Below, piece by piece: positions 52,399-62,249 of a stretch of DNA of 64,000 nt; within the stretch, counting starts at the first letter, position 1, and each line of letters starts with the position of its first letter. The position numbers and the translations under genes are program-made. The DNA comes from Bdellovibrio sp. ZAP7 (lineage in GTDB: Bacteria; Bdellovibrionota; UBA1018; CAIMNF01): positions 29,276 to 93,275 of the forward strand of contig CAMCGZ010000005.1 in the NCBI GenBank assembly GCA_945874535.1, written 5' to 3'. The notes beneath the pieces are model-generated. The model was not told the DNA's origin. It was given only the letters and a program-made list of their open reading frames with translations, and made no database searches.

Positions 52399-53163
52399 TC
52401 AGTGACTCAGAATCTGACCGAGGAATGCACGGGTCCGTTCCTCGGAAGGGGTTTTGAAAATCTTTTCGGGAGAACCTTCTTCGATAATCCGGCCCTGGTC
52501 AAAAAAGATGATCCGGTCCGCCACCTCGCGAGCGAACCCCATTTCGTGGGTGACCACGATCATCGTCATCCCCGACAATGCGAGTTCCTTCATCACAGCA
52601 AGGACTTCATTCACCATTTCAGGGTCGAGTGCGGATGTCGGCTCGTCAAACAGCATCACCTTCGGTTGCATGGCCAGAGCCCGGGCGATTGCCACCCTTT
52701 GTTGCTGGCCGCCGGACAAACTGCCCGGATACTTGTGCGCCTGGTCCACGATCCCGACCCGCTTGAGCAGTTCCAAAGCCAGCCGCTCAGCATGCTGTGG
52801 ATCCATTTTACGGACCTTGACCGGCGCGAGCGTGATGTTCTGAAGCACGGTCAGGTGGGGGAAGAGATTGAAGTTCTGGAATACCATCCCGACTTCACGC
52901 CGGATGGTGTCGAGGTTCGTTCCGTCTTCGAGACGGACTCCGTCGATCACGATCTCGCCGCGATCGAATCCCTCCAGGCGGTTCAGTGTCCGGATAAAGG
53001 TGCTCTTTCCGGACCCGGATGGTCCGATGATCACGACCACCTCGCCTTTTTTCACCGTCAGGTTGATGCCTTTCAACGCCTCGAAACTCTCGAATGTCTT
53101 GAAGACGTCTCGGGCGACGACGATGTCTACAGTCCGGTCGATGTTGGATTCAAAGGGCGTCAT
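52399..53163 (-). CDS. Polar amino-acid-type ABC transporter ATP-binding protein, no adjacent permease/binding protein
   Basis: Walker [10 protein letters not shown], signature [15 protein letters not shown], Walker [12 protein letters not shown]. Start set at MTPFESN (53163); the track start is 53217. Confidence 0.85.
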   Translation of the reverse strand: MTPFESNIDRTVDIVVARDVFKTFESFEALKGINLTVKKGEVVVIIGPSGSGKSTFIRTLNRLEGFDRGEIVIDGVRLEDGTNLDTIRREVGMVFQNFNLFPHLTVLQNITLAPVKVRKMDPQHAERLALELLKRVGIVDQAHKYPGSLSGGQQQRVAIARALAMQPKVMLFDEPTSALDPEMVNEVLAVMKELALSGMTMIVVTHEMGFAREVADRIIFFDQGRIIEEGSPEKIFKTPSEERTRAFLGQILSH

Positions 53164-53226
53164 GGCAGCAGAGTTATCCCTTTTTTCGGGGTAAAGCACA
53201 AGAGGAATTTTCTTCAATCAATTCGG

Positions 53227-53254
53227 TTGAATAATTGCAAATCCACCGTAAACT
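53227..53254 (+). promoter_or_regulatory. Sigma-70-like promoter candidate TTGAAT-N16-TAAACT, 6 nt upstream of ATG 53261 (predicts leaderless mRNA)
   Basis: TTGAAT at 53227-53232 and TAAACT at 53249-53254. Only 6 nt separate the -10 from the ATG. Confidence 0.4.
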
Positions 53255-53260
53255 GAGGCC

Positions 53261-54712
53261 ATGATGGAACTCACTCGCTTCTCTAGTCCGGGCCTCGGAC
53301 TGGCCGCTCTGGCTGCCTATTTTGTGAGCCTGCTTCTCCTGGCATTCTACCGTTCCCGGTCGGCCACGCTTTCGGATTACTACATCGGAAGTCACGACTC
53401 AACCTGGTGGCTCATCACCCTCGGAATGATCAGTGACTCGGTCTCGGGCGTGACCTTCGTTTCAGTTCCCGGATCCGTCTTTTCTCAGGAATATTCCTAT
53501 TTCCAGATCGTGCTCGGATATTTTCTCGGCTACATGGTCATCACCTCGGTATTGTTACCTTTGTATTACCGGAGGAATCTCATCTCGATTTATTCTTACC
53601 TCGGAGAGCGTTTCGGTGTGCCGGCGCAAAAAACGGCGTCCCTGCTTTTCATCGCCTCCCGGACCTTCGGTTCGGCGGCCCGATTGTACATATCGGTGAT
53701 GATCCTGCACCAGTGCCTGCTCGGTGGGATCGGCCTCAGTCCGACCTTCTCCTTTGTGCTCGCCATGGCGCTCATCGTCCTCTACACCTACAAAGGCGGA
53801 ATCAAGAGTCTCGTCTGGACCGAGGCATACCAGTCTGTCATCCTGCTCGGATCGGTGCTGTTCTTGTTTGTGGCGCTCTGGAAACTCTCCCCCGATCCGA
53901 TGACAGCCGTACTGGCCCCGAAGATCTTCTCGTGGGATCCGATGAAGCCTGATTTTTTCCTGAAGTCCCTGTTCGGCGGCATGCTCATCACCAGCTCCAT
54001 GAACGGCCTCGATCAGAACATCATGCAGATGAATCTGAGTTGCCGGAGCTTGAAAGAAGCGCAGAAGAACATGTTCACTCTCGCGTTTGTGATGGTCGCG
54101 GTGAATTTCGTATTCATGGCCCTCGGGGCCTTGACCCGTGATGCTTACCTGGTGGGGAACCTGGCCCTTCCGACCTTGCCCGGAGGCGGGGTGGCGTCCG
54201 ATCGGGTTCTGCCTGCGCTGGCTCTGGGGTCTCTCGGGACAGGCGCTGCCATGATGTTTCTGATCGGTCTGTCCGCAGCCACTTTCAGTAGTGCGGGGAC
54301 CATTCTCCCGGCCATCGCTTCTTCGATCGAGATTGATCTACTCCCCGAACGATTGAAGGACCGGATTCCGGTACGCTTGGTCCACGTTCTCGCCGCAGGG
54401 GTCATCCTCTTGCTGATCCTCGTGATTCACGCGCTCGAGGCGCGCTCTCTCATTGATCTGGTGCTCCGGTGTTCGGGTTATACTTATGGCCCCTTGATCG
54501 GGCTCTATGGCATCGGGATATTCACCACCTGGAAGCTCGAGTCCGCCCGTGTCCCGGCTTTATGTCTCGGTGCGATCACCCTCACAGCGATTCTGGATTT
54601 GAACAGTGCGACATGGTTCGGAGGTTATCGACTGGGTGTGGAATTGATCGCAGTCAACGCAGTTCTGTTTCTCTGTTTGGCGCTTTCTTTCGGCAGGAAA
54701 AGAAACGCTTAA
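53261..54712 (+). CDS. Sodium:solute symporter (SSS) family transporter
   Basis: 483 aa with ~13 TM segments. The N-terminal region GSHDSTWWLITLGMISDSVSGVTFVSVPG is typical of SSS proteins. Confidence 0.7.
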   Translation: MMELTRFSSPGLGLAALAAYFVSLLLLAFYRSRSATLSDYYIGSHDSTWWLITLGMISDSVSGVTFVSVPGSVFSQEYSYFQIVLGYFLGYMVITSVLLPLYYRRNLISIYSYLGERFGVPAQKTASLLFIASRTFGSAARLYISVMILHQCLLGGIGLSPTFSFVLAMALIVLYTYKGGIKSLVWTEAYQSVILLGSVLFLFVALWKLSPDPMTAVLAPKIFSWDPMKPDFFLKSLFGGMLITSSMNGLDQNIMQMNLSCRSLKEAQKNMFTLAFVMVAVNFVFMALGALTRDAYLVGNLALPTLPGGGVASDRVLPALALGSLGTGAAMMFLIGLSAATFSSAGTILPAIASSIEIDLLPERLKDRIPVRLVHVLAAGVILLLILVIHALEARSLIDLVLRCSGYTYGPLIGLYGIGIFTTWKLESARVPALCLGAITLTAILDLNSATWFGGYRLGVELIAVNAVLFLCLALSFGRKRNA

Positions 54713-56361
54713 AGGGTCTTCAGGAACTCGATCAAATCGCGTTTCTGGGGCGCAGTGAATTTTTCGCTCCCGTCTTCACGGGTGAAAATCTTGCGGTAGT
54801 GCCCTTCATTGGAAAGTCCGGGACGGGTGGTATCGAACAAGTGTTCTGCTGAGTCCGGGGCGGTTCGCCAGCTCGCCGGGGTTTTGGATCCGACCGGATA
54901 GCCGACGCATTCCGGATCAAAGTGCAGCAAAGGGTCCACCACTTCGCCGGAATAGTAGGTTTTCGGACGCTCGTTCGGCGGCGTCATCAGCGCACAAAGA
55001 TTCGGGATGGAGTTATTGTGGAAGTAAGGAAAGCGGGCAAAGATCCCGTCAAGTGGGGGAGGGACATAACCCTTTTGCTCCTCGATCACGATGCCATACT
55101 GTTGTGAGAACTGCAGCGGGTTCAGAGCCCGGGCGAGTTCTCTCATTCCCTGCCGGCGCCCGGGGTCGGTCCCGACATCTTTGACCCGGGTTCTTGTGGG
55201 ATAACGGACTCCGACCTTGGATCCAGCATCGCCGTGGCACCCGGCACAGGATTCCCTGTAGAGACGGGAGCCGCGTTCCGCACGTTCGTGATCGATCGGA
55301 TAAGCGGACAGGAACTCCTGCCATTTCGGCGCACGAGTCGAGAATACAGCCGTGGTCAGCTCCTCGATCATGTTCCGGTTCCGCTCCATCCAGCTCACCA
55401 GCTCGGGCAAATCAGCACCGCGACCGATCTCATTCCACAGGAAATTGGTGAAAATCGGATTCCCTGAAATCACGCTTCCGTCGGAGAGCCACCGCGTCTT
55501 GTACTTCACCGTCCACCAGGGTGCCGGCTTGCTGTCTGCGACTTCCGTCTCCAGAGGGTTCGGGCGTGGATGGGACGCGATTGCGGGATCACGCTCGGCC
55601 CAAGGAGTCTCGGCACGGCGGGCGAGCGACAGGGCCACTTGGGCCAATGAGGTATCGAGTCCGAGGACCTCGGGCTTTTTCAGTCCGACGGAGGCGATTC
55701 GCTCCCTGGTCTCGGCGTACATCCTGACCTCTTCGCGCTTTGCTCCGGTCATGGATTGAAACAGGTTGGGTTTGATCCAACGTGTGGCTTGTTTGCCATG
55801 GATGAAGAACGAGTTCGCACGGGGAAAGCGGTTGGTGAGGCCGAGCACCGGTCGACCGAAGAGGCTTGCAGAATGACAGGCAGCGCAACTCAGGGTTACG
55901 CCACGGATCCCGTTCCGCTCGATCAGGGATACCCCCATGGGCAGTGCGGGGCGGACCCCGTTCGGGAAAGGGATCTCACCCTCCTGCTCGGGATAATCGT
56001 GCAAGCCGAGCCATTTCCAGAATCCTTTGAAATCCTTGAACTCGGAACCGAGAGACAGTGCTGACTTCATGAGTCCGAAAAGAGGATCGCCGGGCTTGGA
56101 ATCGAGCACGCGCAAGGCTTGCCTTTCGGGGACGAGAAGGCCTGTGATCTCGAGCGGGTATTGGAGCGCGTGAAGCTTTCCTTTGCGGACTTTCTCCTCG
56201 AAAATCCCTTCCGGCCAGGCATAGGGGTTCGGTCTGCCGGCCGGATCGATCTGTGCATTTGCCGACCAATCAGGCTGAGATGACCAGTCTGGTTCGGCCC
56301 AAGCGACGCACAGACCGATCCACATCGATCCGATCCCAATAATGAAGCGGCGCATAATCAA
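54709..56361 (-). CDS. Exported di-haem c-type cytochrome-domain protein (peroxidase-like?)
   Basis: Signal peptide and two CxxCH motifs (CAACH, CAGCH) about 230 residues apart. No closer assignment possible by eye. Confidence 0.55.
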   Translation of the reverse strand: MIMRRFIIGIGSMWIGLCVAWAEPDWSSQPDWSANAQIDPAGRPNPYAWPEGIFEEKVRKGKLHALQYPLEITGLLVPERQALRVLDSKPGDPLFGLMKSALSLGSEFKDFKGFWKWLGLHDYPEQEGEIPFPNGVRPALPMGVSLIERNGIRGVTLSCAACHSASLFGRPVLGLTNRFPRANSFFIHGKQATRWIKPNLFQSMTGAKREEVRMYAETRERIASVGLKKPEVLGLDTSLAQVALSLARRAETPWAERDPAIASHPRPNPLETEVADSKPAPWWTVKYKTRWLSDGSVISGNPIFTNFLWNEIGRGADLPELVSWMERNRNMIEELTTAVFSTRAPKWQEFLSAYPIDHERAERGSRLYRESCAGCHGDAGSKVGVRYPTRTRVKDVGTDPGRRQGMRELARALNPLQFSQQYGIVIEEQKGYVPPPLDGIFARFPYFHNNSIPNLCALMTPPNERPKTYYSGEVVDPLLHFDPECVGYPVGSKTPASWRTAPDSAEHLFDTTRPGLSNEGHYRKIFTREDGSEKFTAPQKRDLIEFLKTL

Positions 56362-56443
56362 CCCCCGTACACAAGGTTTTCCTATGTCAAAAACCGATTG
56401 TCAATGTGGCAATTTAGCCGGATTTGGGAGAAAACGAGGAGCA

Positions 56444-57340
56444 ATGAAGATCAAGGTCCAACGTCTCGGTATCATCATCAAGCACCATCATAATGAGGCG
56501 GCGGCACTCTCTCTCGAGCTGGCAGACCTTCTTCTGAATCGGGGCTATCAGGTCTTCTTCTGTGACGAAAGCGCCAAAGTGCTGCGCTCACTCGGTTCCG
56601 AGCGGTTCCGTAAATTGAAGGTGGTCAAGAAGTCGGATCTGGCACGCAAGGTCGATCTCATCGTGGTTCTTGGTGGCGATGGAACTTATCTGAGTGCGGC
56701 CCGTCTGATGAAGGAAGTGAGCATTCCCATTCTCGGAATCAACATGGGGACGCTCGGCTTCCTCACCGAAGTCCGTAAGGAAGAGCTCCACGATGTCATC
56801 CACCGGATCCTGAATACGGGGTCCATATCGATTTCCGAACGCGTCATGCTCGAGGTCAGTGTGATCCGTAAGGGGAAGACCATTCTCAAGGACTTGGTGG
56901 TCAATGACGCGGTTGTTTCAAAGGGAGCGATCGCCCGGATTATCGGAGTCAAGATCAACGTCAACGGGGAGTGGGCCAATACAGTCCGTGCCGATGGAAT
57001 GATCATCAGCACGCCCACCGGATCGACCGCGTATTCTCTTGCGGCGGGTGGACCGATCGTGATGCCCCATCTCGGGTGCATGTTGATCACACCCATTTGT
57101 CCTCACGGTTTGACCCAGCGGACTCTCGTACTTCCGGATGATGTGAATGTCGAGCTCATGCTCGAGTCCATGCCCGGACATGTTTACCTGACTCTCGACG
57201 GGCAGAACGGCCTCGATCTGAAGGACGGAGATTTGATCCGGATTTCGCGCTTTAAAAAACACAAGCTCAAGATCGTGACCTCGCCCAATCGCGATTATTT
57301 CTCCCTGCTTCGTGAAAAACTCAACTTCGGAGGTAAATGA
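56444..57340 (+). CDS. nadK: NAD kinase
   Basis: GGDGT motif and NxGxLGFLT. ATG 56444 is preceded by AGGAG; the track start 56342 adds 34 unsupported residues. Confidence 0.92.
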   Translation: MKIKVQRLGIIIKHHHNEAAALSLELADLLLNRGYQVFFCDESAKVLRSLGSERFRKLKVVKKSDLARKVDLIVVLGGDGTYLSAARLMKEVSIPILGINMGTLGFLTEVRKEELHDVIHRILNTGSISISERVMLEVSVIRKGKTILKDLVVNDAVVSKGAIARIIGVKINVNGEWANTVRADGMIISTPTGSTAYSLAAGGPIVMPHLGCMLITPICPHGLTQRTLVLPDDVNVELMLESMPGHVYLTLDGQNGLDLKDGDLIRISRFKKHKLKIVTSPNRDYFSLLREKLNFGGK

Positions 57341-59016
57341 TGATCCAGACCATCAAGATACGGAATTTCGCTCTCATCGAGAATGCCGAGATCCCCTTCG
57401 AGCGCGGGCTCAACATCCTGTCCGGAGAAACCGGAGCCGGGAAGTCCATTGTCCTCGAGGCGATCTCGCTTCTTCTCGGCGGACGGGCCAACAGTGAGAC
57501 CATCCGGTCCGGAGCCGACGAAGCCGTGGTGGAAGGGTATTTTGATATTGAACAACTCCCTTGGCTCAAGAACAGGCTCCAGGAGGTCGGGATCGAGTGC
57601 GACGGAAGTGAGCTGTTGATCAAGCGCACAGTCAGTAAGAGCGGGAAAAACCGGATTTTCCTGAACGGGCAATTGGCGACACTGAATATGCTCTCGACGG
57701 CCTGTGAAGACCTGATCGATCTCTGTGGCCAACACGAACATCAGTCTCTCTTCAAGTCGGTGGTCCAGATCGCACTCCTCGACCGGTTCTCCGGTATCGA
57801 GGGCCTCCAGAAAAAAGCCTCGACCCAGTACAGGAAGACCATCACCCTGCTTGAAGAGTGGGAGTCGCTCAAGAAGAAGGAAGAGGAACGGGTTCAGCGT
57901 TTGGCATTTCTTCAATTCCAGCTCGAGGAATTGGAAGCTGCGGCTTTGGTGCCCGGTGAAGACGAATCACTCGCCGCTGAAAAACGGCTCCTTCAATCTG
58001 TTGGCCAGCGGATGTCGCTTGCGGCCCAGGTTCATGACGCCCTCGATGGAGAAGAGGGGGCTCTGAATGCGCTCCGGATCGCGCTCTCGAAGGTGAAGTC
58101 TCTTTGTCAGATGGATGAAGGTGTGGAGCCCCTCCAGTCTTCAATTGAAAGAGCTCTGGCCGAAGTGGAGGATGCCTCTCATGCTTCGAGGTCCTACACC
58201 TCGCGTGCAGACTTGAGTCCGGATCGCCTCGAAAAGGTTCAGGAACGCCTGAGTCTGATCACCAATCTGAAGCGCAAGTACGGTAATCTACTCGATGAGA
58301 TCATCACTTATCAGGGCAAGCTCCGCGAAGAGATCGATCTCCTGACCCATCTGTCGACACGCCTCGACTCGCTCGAGAGTGAGTATGGAGAAGAGAGGAA
58401 GTCGGCTCTCAAACTGGCCAAGGACCTGTTTGAAAAGCGCAAGAAGGGTGCGGACGGCCTCAGCAAAGCCGTCTCGAAGGAGCTGAAAGAACTTCGTATG
58501 CAAGACGCCGAAGTCGGATTTTCTCTGACGTTCTCGGATGATCTCGCATCTTGGGGAAGTGAGTCCCTCGGCACGGTGGCCGAGCTCCTCGTCCGGACAA
58601 ATCTCGGAGAAGAGAAGAAACCCATCCAGAAGATCGTGTCGGGAGGGGAGTTATCCCGTTTGATGCTGGCCATCCGTCGGGTGATCGCAGACAAGGGGGG
58701 GATCGGGGTTTATCTTTTTGACGAGATCGATGCCGGTCTCGGTGGGCAGACTGCGTTCACGGTCGGCAAGAAATTGAAATCAGTGGCAGGCTACAATCAG
58801 GTCCTGTGCATCACCCATGTGCCTCAGGTGGCGTGCTTTGCCGACCATCACTTGTCCATCAGCAAGCAATCGTCCAAAGGTCGAACGGTCACCGAGGTGC
58901 GATGCCTGAGCGACGGTGAACGCCGGGACGAGATTGCGCGCATGCTCGGCTCCGAGAAGCTCACCCCTGCGGCATTGAAGAATGCCAAGGACTTGATCGA
59001 TAGCGCCCGAGCCTAG
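57337..59016 (+). CDS. recN: DNA repair protein RecN
   Basis: Walker A GETGAGKSI, long coiled-coil, C-terminal SGGELSRLMLA...LFDEIDAG. ATGA overlap with nadK (the conserved nadK-recN pair). Confidence 0.95.
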   Translation: MMIQTIKIRNFALIENAEIPFERGLNILSGETGAGKSIVLEAISLLLGGRANSETIRSGADEAVVEGYFDIEQLPWLKNRLQEVGIECDGSELLIKRTVSKSGKNRIFLNGQLATLNMLSTACEDLIDLCGQHEHQSLFKSVVQIALLDRFSGIEGLQKKASTQYRKTITLLEEWESLKKKEEERVQRLAFLQFQLEELEAAALVPGEDESLAAEKRLLQSVGQRMSLAAQVHDALDGEEGALNALRIALSKVKSLCQMDEGVEPLQSSIERALAEVEDASHASRSYTSRADLSPDRLEKVQERLSLITNLKRKYGNLLDEIITYQGKLREEIDLLTHLSTRLDSLESEYGEERKSALKLAKDLFEKRKKGADGLSKAVSKELKELRMQDAEVGFSLTFSDDLASWGSESLGTVAELLVRTNLGEEKKPIQKIVSGGELSRLMLAIRRVIADKGGIGVYLFDEIDAGLGGQTAFTVGKKLKSVAGYNQVLCITHVPQVACFADHHLSISKQSSKGRTVTEVRCLSDGERRDEIARMLGSEKLTPAALKNAKDLIDSARA

Positions 59017-60446
59017 GGGCAATGGTGCCATTCAATCAGGGGAAGTGAACGGCCTGCCGGAGTTTTCAGGATGAGCTTTCCAAGCCATTCCGGAACCACT
59101 GCGTCTTGCAGGCGACACGAGCGTCGTGCCAGGGCCTTACGAACCGGCTCGAGAGACGGCTCTCCGGCTTTTCCGTCGAGAAGGACCTGGACAGTCCCCG
59201 GTTTTTCCAATTGTTGTTCGAGTTCTTCAGGATTCCCGAAGACGCTGAGAGTATGGTCCGGAAAGGTGTAGTACGGAGGATTGCCCCGGTAATCACGACT
59301 GGCCAAGACTGGCCATGCCGGGTTGAGGTTCCTGTGCGCGAGGAAGGGAGCACCCAATGTGCGCATGGAGGCGCCATGCAGGGTCGAAACCGCAAACGCC
59401 GGAAGGTTGATCACAGCGAAGGGAATCCACCACCGGGGACGGCCCATCTTGATCGAAAAAGCCTTGAAAAAGACCAAGGCCATGAACGGCACCCAATTCA
59501 GGAGCGGGAAGAGGAAACGGTATTCTTTATTGGTGATCAGACAGTGCAATACAAAGAAAGACCAAACGAAAGACGAAAGAATCCACCCGTCTTCTTCTTT
59601 TGCCTTCTTGAAAAATCCGAGTGTCCCGATGAACAGGGGCAACGAAACCAGTGGGTTCAGCTGGAGGATCCACTCGAAATACATCCACCAGGGATAGGGA
59701 TTGTACCGGGCGGCCACCCCATCCACCAGGTTCACTTTGAAGTAGAGGTAAGGGCTGAAGACCCAGTTGCCGTATCCGATCCGGTCCAAAAGAACGCCAA
59801 AGACCACCGGGACCAGGAACCCCCCGAGCAAGGTCCAGTGGTGCTTCCGGATTCCTTTGCTCCGGTAGAGCAAGGCCAGGGCCAGGCCGGCTAGGCCGAG
59901 GGCGATTTGGTAGCGGGCCAGGAATGCGAAGCCGAAAAAAATGCCATTCCTGAGGGCACTCCTGCCCTCCAGTATTCCGAGCAAGCCAAAGGATAGCAGA
60001 ATTCCTGCCAGGTTCTCACTCGAGGTGCGGACATGGATGTAGGGCAGGAACCAGAGCATCGCGATCGCGATCGCTCCTTGTGGCGCGAGATCGTACCGGT
60101 CACGCAGGAAGTTCCAAATCCGGACGAGGAGCCAAAGGTTCAGGAGACCATACATTCCCTGAATCAGAGTGACTGCAGAAAAAGGCTCATAGACTCCGAG
60201 TCCGATTAAAACCTTCATCCACCCCGCATGAAGGAGCGGTTGAAACCAGGGGCGGATCTGAGCTGCGAACTCCCAGGGTAATTTGGATGCGTCAGCGTTG
60301 AGTCCCAGAAAATAATTCGCCCACTCGAGGATCTGGTAGTGTTCGTCGGGGTGGTGGTAGCCGAATGATGTCCAAGAGGCGATTCCGTGTCCGAGGAAGA
60401 GGATGAGGAGCGCGATCCATTCGGTCCGGTGAACGGTTCGAATCAT
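59013..60446 (-). CDS. GT-C fold glycosyltransferase resembling family 22 (Alg9/PIG-B-like mannosyltransferase)
   Basis: Polytopic membrane protein with an N-terminal loop motif HHPDEHYQILEW, characteristic of GT22-type enzymes. Confidence 0.55.
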   Translation of the reverse strand: MIRTVHRTEWIALLILFLGHGIASWTSFGYHHPDEHYQILEWANYFLGLNADASKLPWEFAAQIRPWFQPLLHAGWMKVLIGLGVYEPFSAVTLIQGMYGLLNLWLLVRIWNFLRDRYDLAPQGAIAIAMLWFLPYIHVRTSSENLAGILLSFGLLGILEGRSALRNGIFFGFAFLARYQIALGLAGLALALLYRSKGIRKHHWTLLGGFLVPVVFGVLLDRIGYGNWVFSPYLYFKVNLVDGVAARYNPYPWWMYFEWILQLNPLVSLPLFIGTLGFFKKAKEEDGWILSSFVWSFFVLHCLITNKEYRFLFPLLNWVPFMALVFFKAFSIKMGRPRWWIPFAVINLPAFAVSTLHGASMRTLGAPFLAHRNLNPAWPVLASRDYRGNPPYYTFPDHTLSVFGNPEELEQQLEKPGTVQVLLDGKAGEPSLEPVRKALARRSCRLQDAVVPEWLGKLILKTPAGRSLPLIEWHHCP

Positions 60447-62209
60447 GGTTCTCCGACCGGCTCGAACGCGCCTTTTTTCACTTTATAAAGGTCCAGATTC
60501 CTCGAACACCTGTGATCCACCACATTCAGGGATCCTGTGGCTCCTGGCACATTCTTTCGGCCCTCGAGGCGGCTGGTGAATTCACTGCGGGTTCCGGGGG
60601 ATTCCTTCAGGGTTTCGAGCACGAGGGTCGCTGCATCGAATGCCACGGCCTCAAGCTCTCCCGGATACGAGGAATGGGTGCGGTGGAACAGGTCGTAAAA
60701 CTGTTTGGTTTCCTCGGGGGGATTCAAGGTATTGAATGCGACCGGGAAAGCGGCACCTTCGACCAGGTCTCCCGCTCTCTGAATGAGTTGGGGGGAGTTC
60801 CAGGAAGAAATTCCCAGGTACTTCAGGCCTTTTGCGTCCCGGTAAGCGTAGGTCGGGATAACCTGACCCGCCGTCCTCGCTTCGTCAGCGATGAAGACGG
60901 CTTCGAAGTCCACCAGGGGCGGTAGGTTGAAGTACTGCTGGGTTTTCATCGTTTTCCGGGTGATGTTCAGTTCCTTACGTTTTTCGGCTAATTCCTGCAC
61001 TTCTTTGGCTCGAGTCTCGGTGTAGAAAAGTCCGAGGGTCTTGTCCACCGGTTCGCGGAAATCGGTCAGATCGGGGTCATAGAGTTCAAACGCACGCACT
61101 TCGGCATTGAGGCGCTCCAGTTCGGTCCAGAAAGCAAGAGCCATTTCTTCTCCAGCTTTGTTGTCAGGTCCGAGGATGGCGAACCGGGTGATTCCGAGAG
61201 TCTGAACGGCGTATTTTGCGATTTTCGCAGCCTGGTCCTGAATGGAAATGGAGCACGAGAAAATCTGGGGATCGGCATCTCCCTGGACTTGGGCCACCGA
61301 GATCAGGGGGATCTGGTAAAAAGCGGCTTTGTTCCGGAGTGAATCGAGGTGTTTTCCAAGTAGGGGTCCGATCACAGCGATGACTTCCTGCTCTTCGACC
61401 AGCTTTTTCAGCGCAACCTCATGACTCTCAGCCGAGTCGCCGCTATCGACCGGGATCAGCTCGAAGGACTTGCTCTGATCATCGGTCGAGGCTTGAAACG
61501 CGAGCTCCACCGCTCTTTGGACTCTTTTTCCGAAGTTCTCGTACTTTCCGCTGAGGGGAAGGAGGATCCCGATCCGTTTGCGATTCACCGGGCCACTGTA
61601 GAGTTCTCTCACTGGTGCCGGAGTCGGAGTGGTGACGACCACCGGGGTGGGGGTGGCCGCAGAAGCTTCGGATGGAGATTGAGGATCTCTCGGACCGGAG
61701 AGCGTCTTGTTCACGCGTTCTCGCAAGGCCAGGACTTTTTTTCTGTCTGCGGATCCCATTTCATCGACTTGAATGGTGTCCGCCACTTTCTTCGATTCTG
61801 AGGCTTTTCCGGCGTCGATATAAGCGGTCGCCAGATTGAATTGATAGTAGGGCTGATGATCAGGAAAGGGGTTGAATTGAAGCGCACGCCTGAAGTTGAT
61901 GATGGCGGAAGCCGGGTTCTTCTCTGCCAGGCGGACGAGCCCTTTCAGATTCCAGTATTCGGTTTTTTCCGAATTCCGGAGTTCAGGCTCGTGAATTCGA
62001 TTCAGGCTTTCGATGGCCCGTGCGTATTCCCCCCGGGAATACATCCCCTGGATTCGTTTGATTTCCGATTCAAAAGAGCTCTCTCCTCCGCTGCGCTGAG
62101 GGGGAGGGAGGCCCGAACGGGGCGCGGGAAGGGTGGCACAACCCGGAATTGCGAGGATTGAAGCGCACAAAATCAATGCTTTACGCCAATGTTGAGCCAT
62201 TTCAATCAT
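60443..62209 (-). CDS. Lipoprotein with N-terminal TPR repeats and a periplasmic-binding-protein (LivK/LpoA-like) domain
   Basis: Lipobox ILAIPGC. TPR-like EYARAIESLNRI...YWNLKGLVRL. Type-I PBP fold start IGILLPLSGKYENFGKRVQRAVELAF. Confidence 0.65.
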   Translation of the reverse strand: MIEMAQHWRKALILCASILAIPGCATLPAPRSGLPPPQRSGGESSFESEIKRIQGMYSRGEYARAIESLNRIHEPELRNSEKTEYWNLKGLVRLAEKNPASAIINFRRALQFNPFPDHQPYYQFNLATAYIDAGKASESKKVADTIQVDEMGSADRKKVLALRERVNKTLSGPRDPQSPSEASAATPTPVVVTTPTPAPVRELYSGPVNRKRIGILLPLSGKYENFGKRVQRAVELAFQASTDDQSKSFELIPVDSGDSAESHEVALKKLVEEQEVIAVIGPLLGKHLDSLRNKAAFYQIPLISVAQVQGDADPQIFSCSISIQDQAAKIAKYAVQTLGITRFAILGPDNKAGEEMALAFWTELERLNAEVRAFELYDPDLTDFREPVDKTLGLFYTETRAKEVQELAEKRKELNITRKTMKTQQYFNLPPLVDFEAVFIADEARTAGQVIPTYAYRDAKGLKYLGISSWNSPQLIQRAGDLVEGAAFPVAFNTLNPPEETKQFYDLFHRTHSSYPGELEAVAFDAATLVLETLKESPGTRSEFTSRLEGRKNVPGATGSLNVVDHRCSRNLDLYKVKKGAFEPVGEP

Positions 62210-62249
62210 TAAGCTTCAGGCGCTTCCGGGAGTCAATGACCGGAAGGGC

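Noticed and set aside
52348-53256. 302-aa plus-strand ORF
   Set aside because: It is antisense to the ABC ATPase gene (Walker A, signature and Walker B are on the minus strand).
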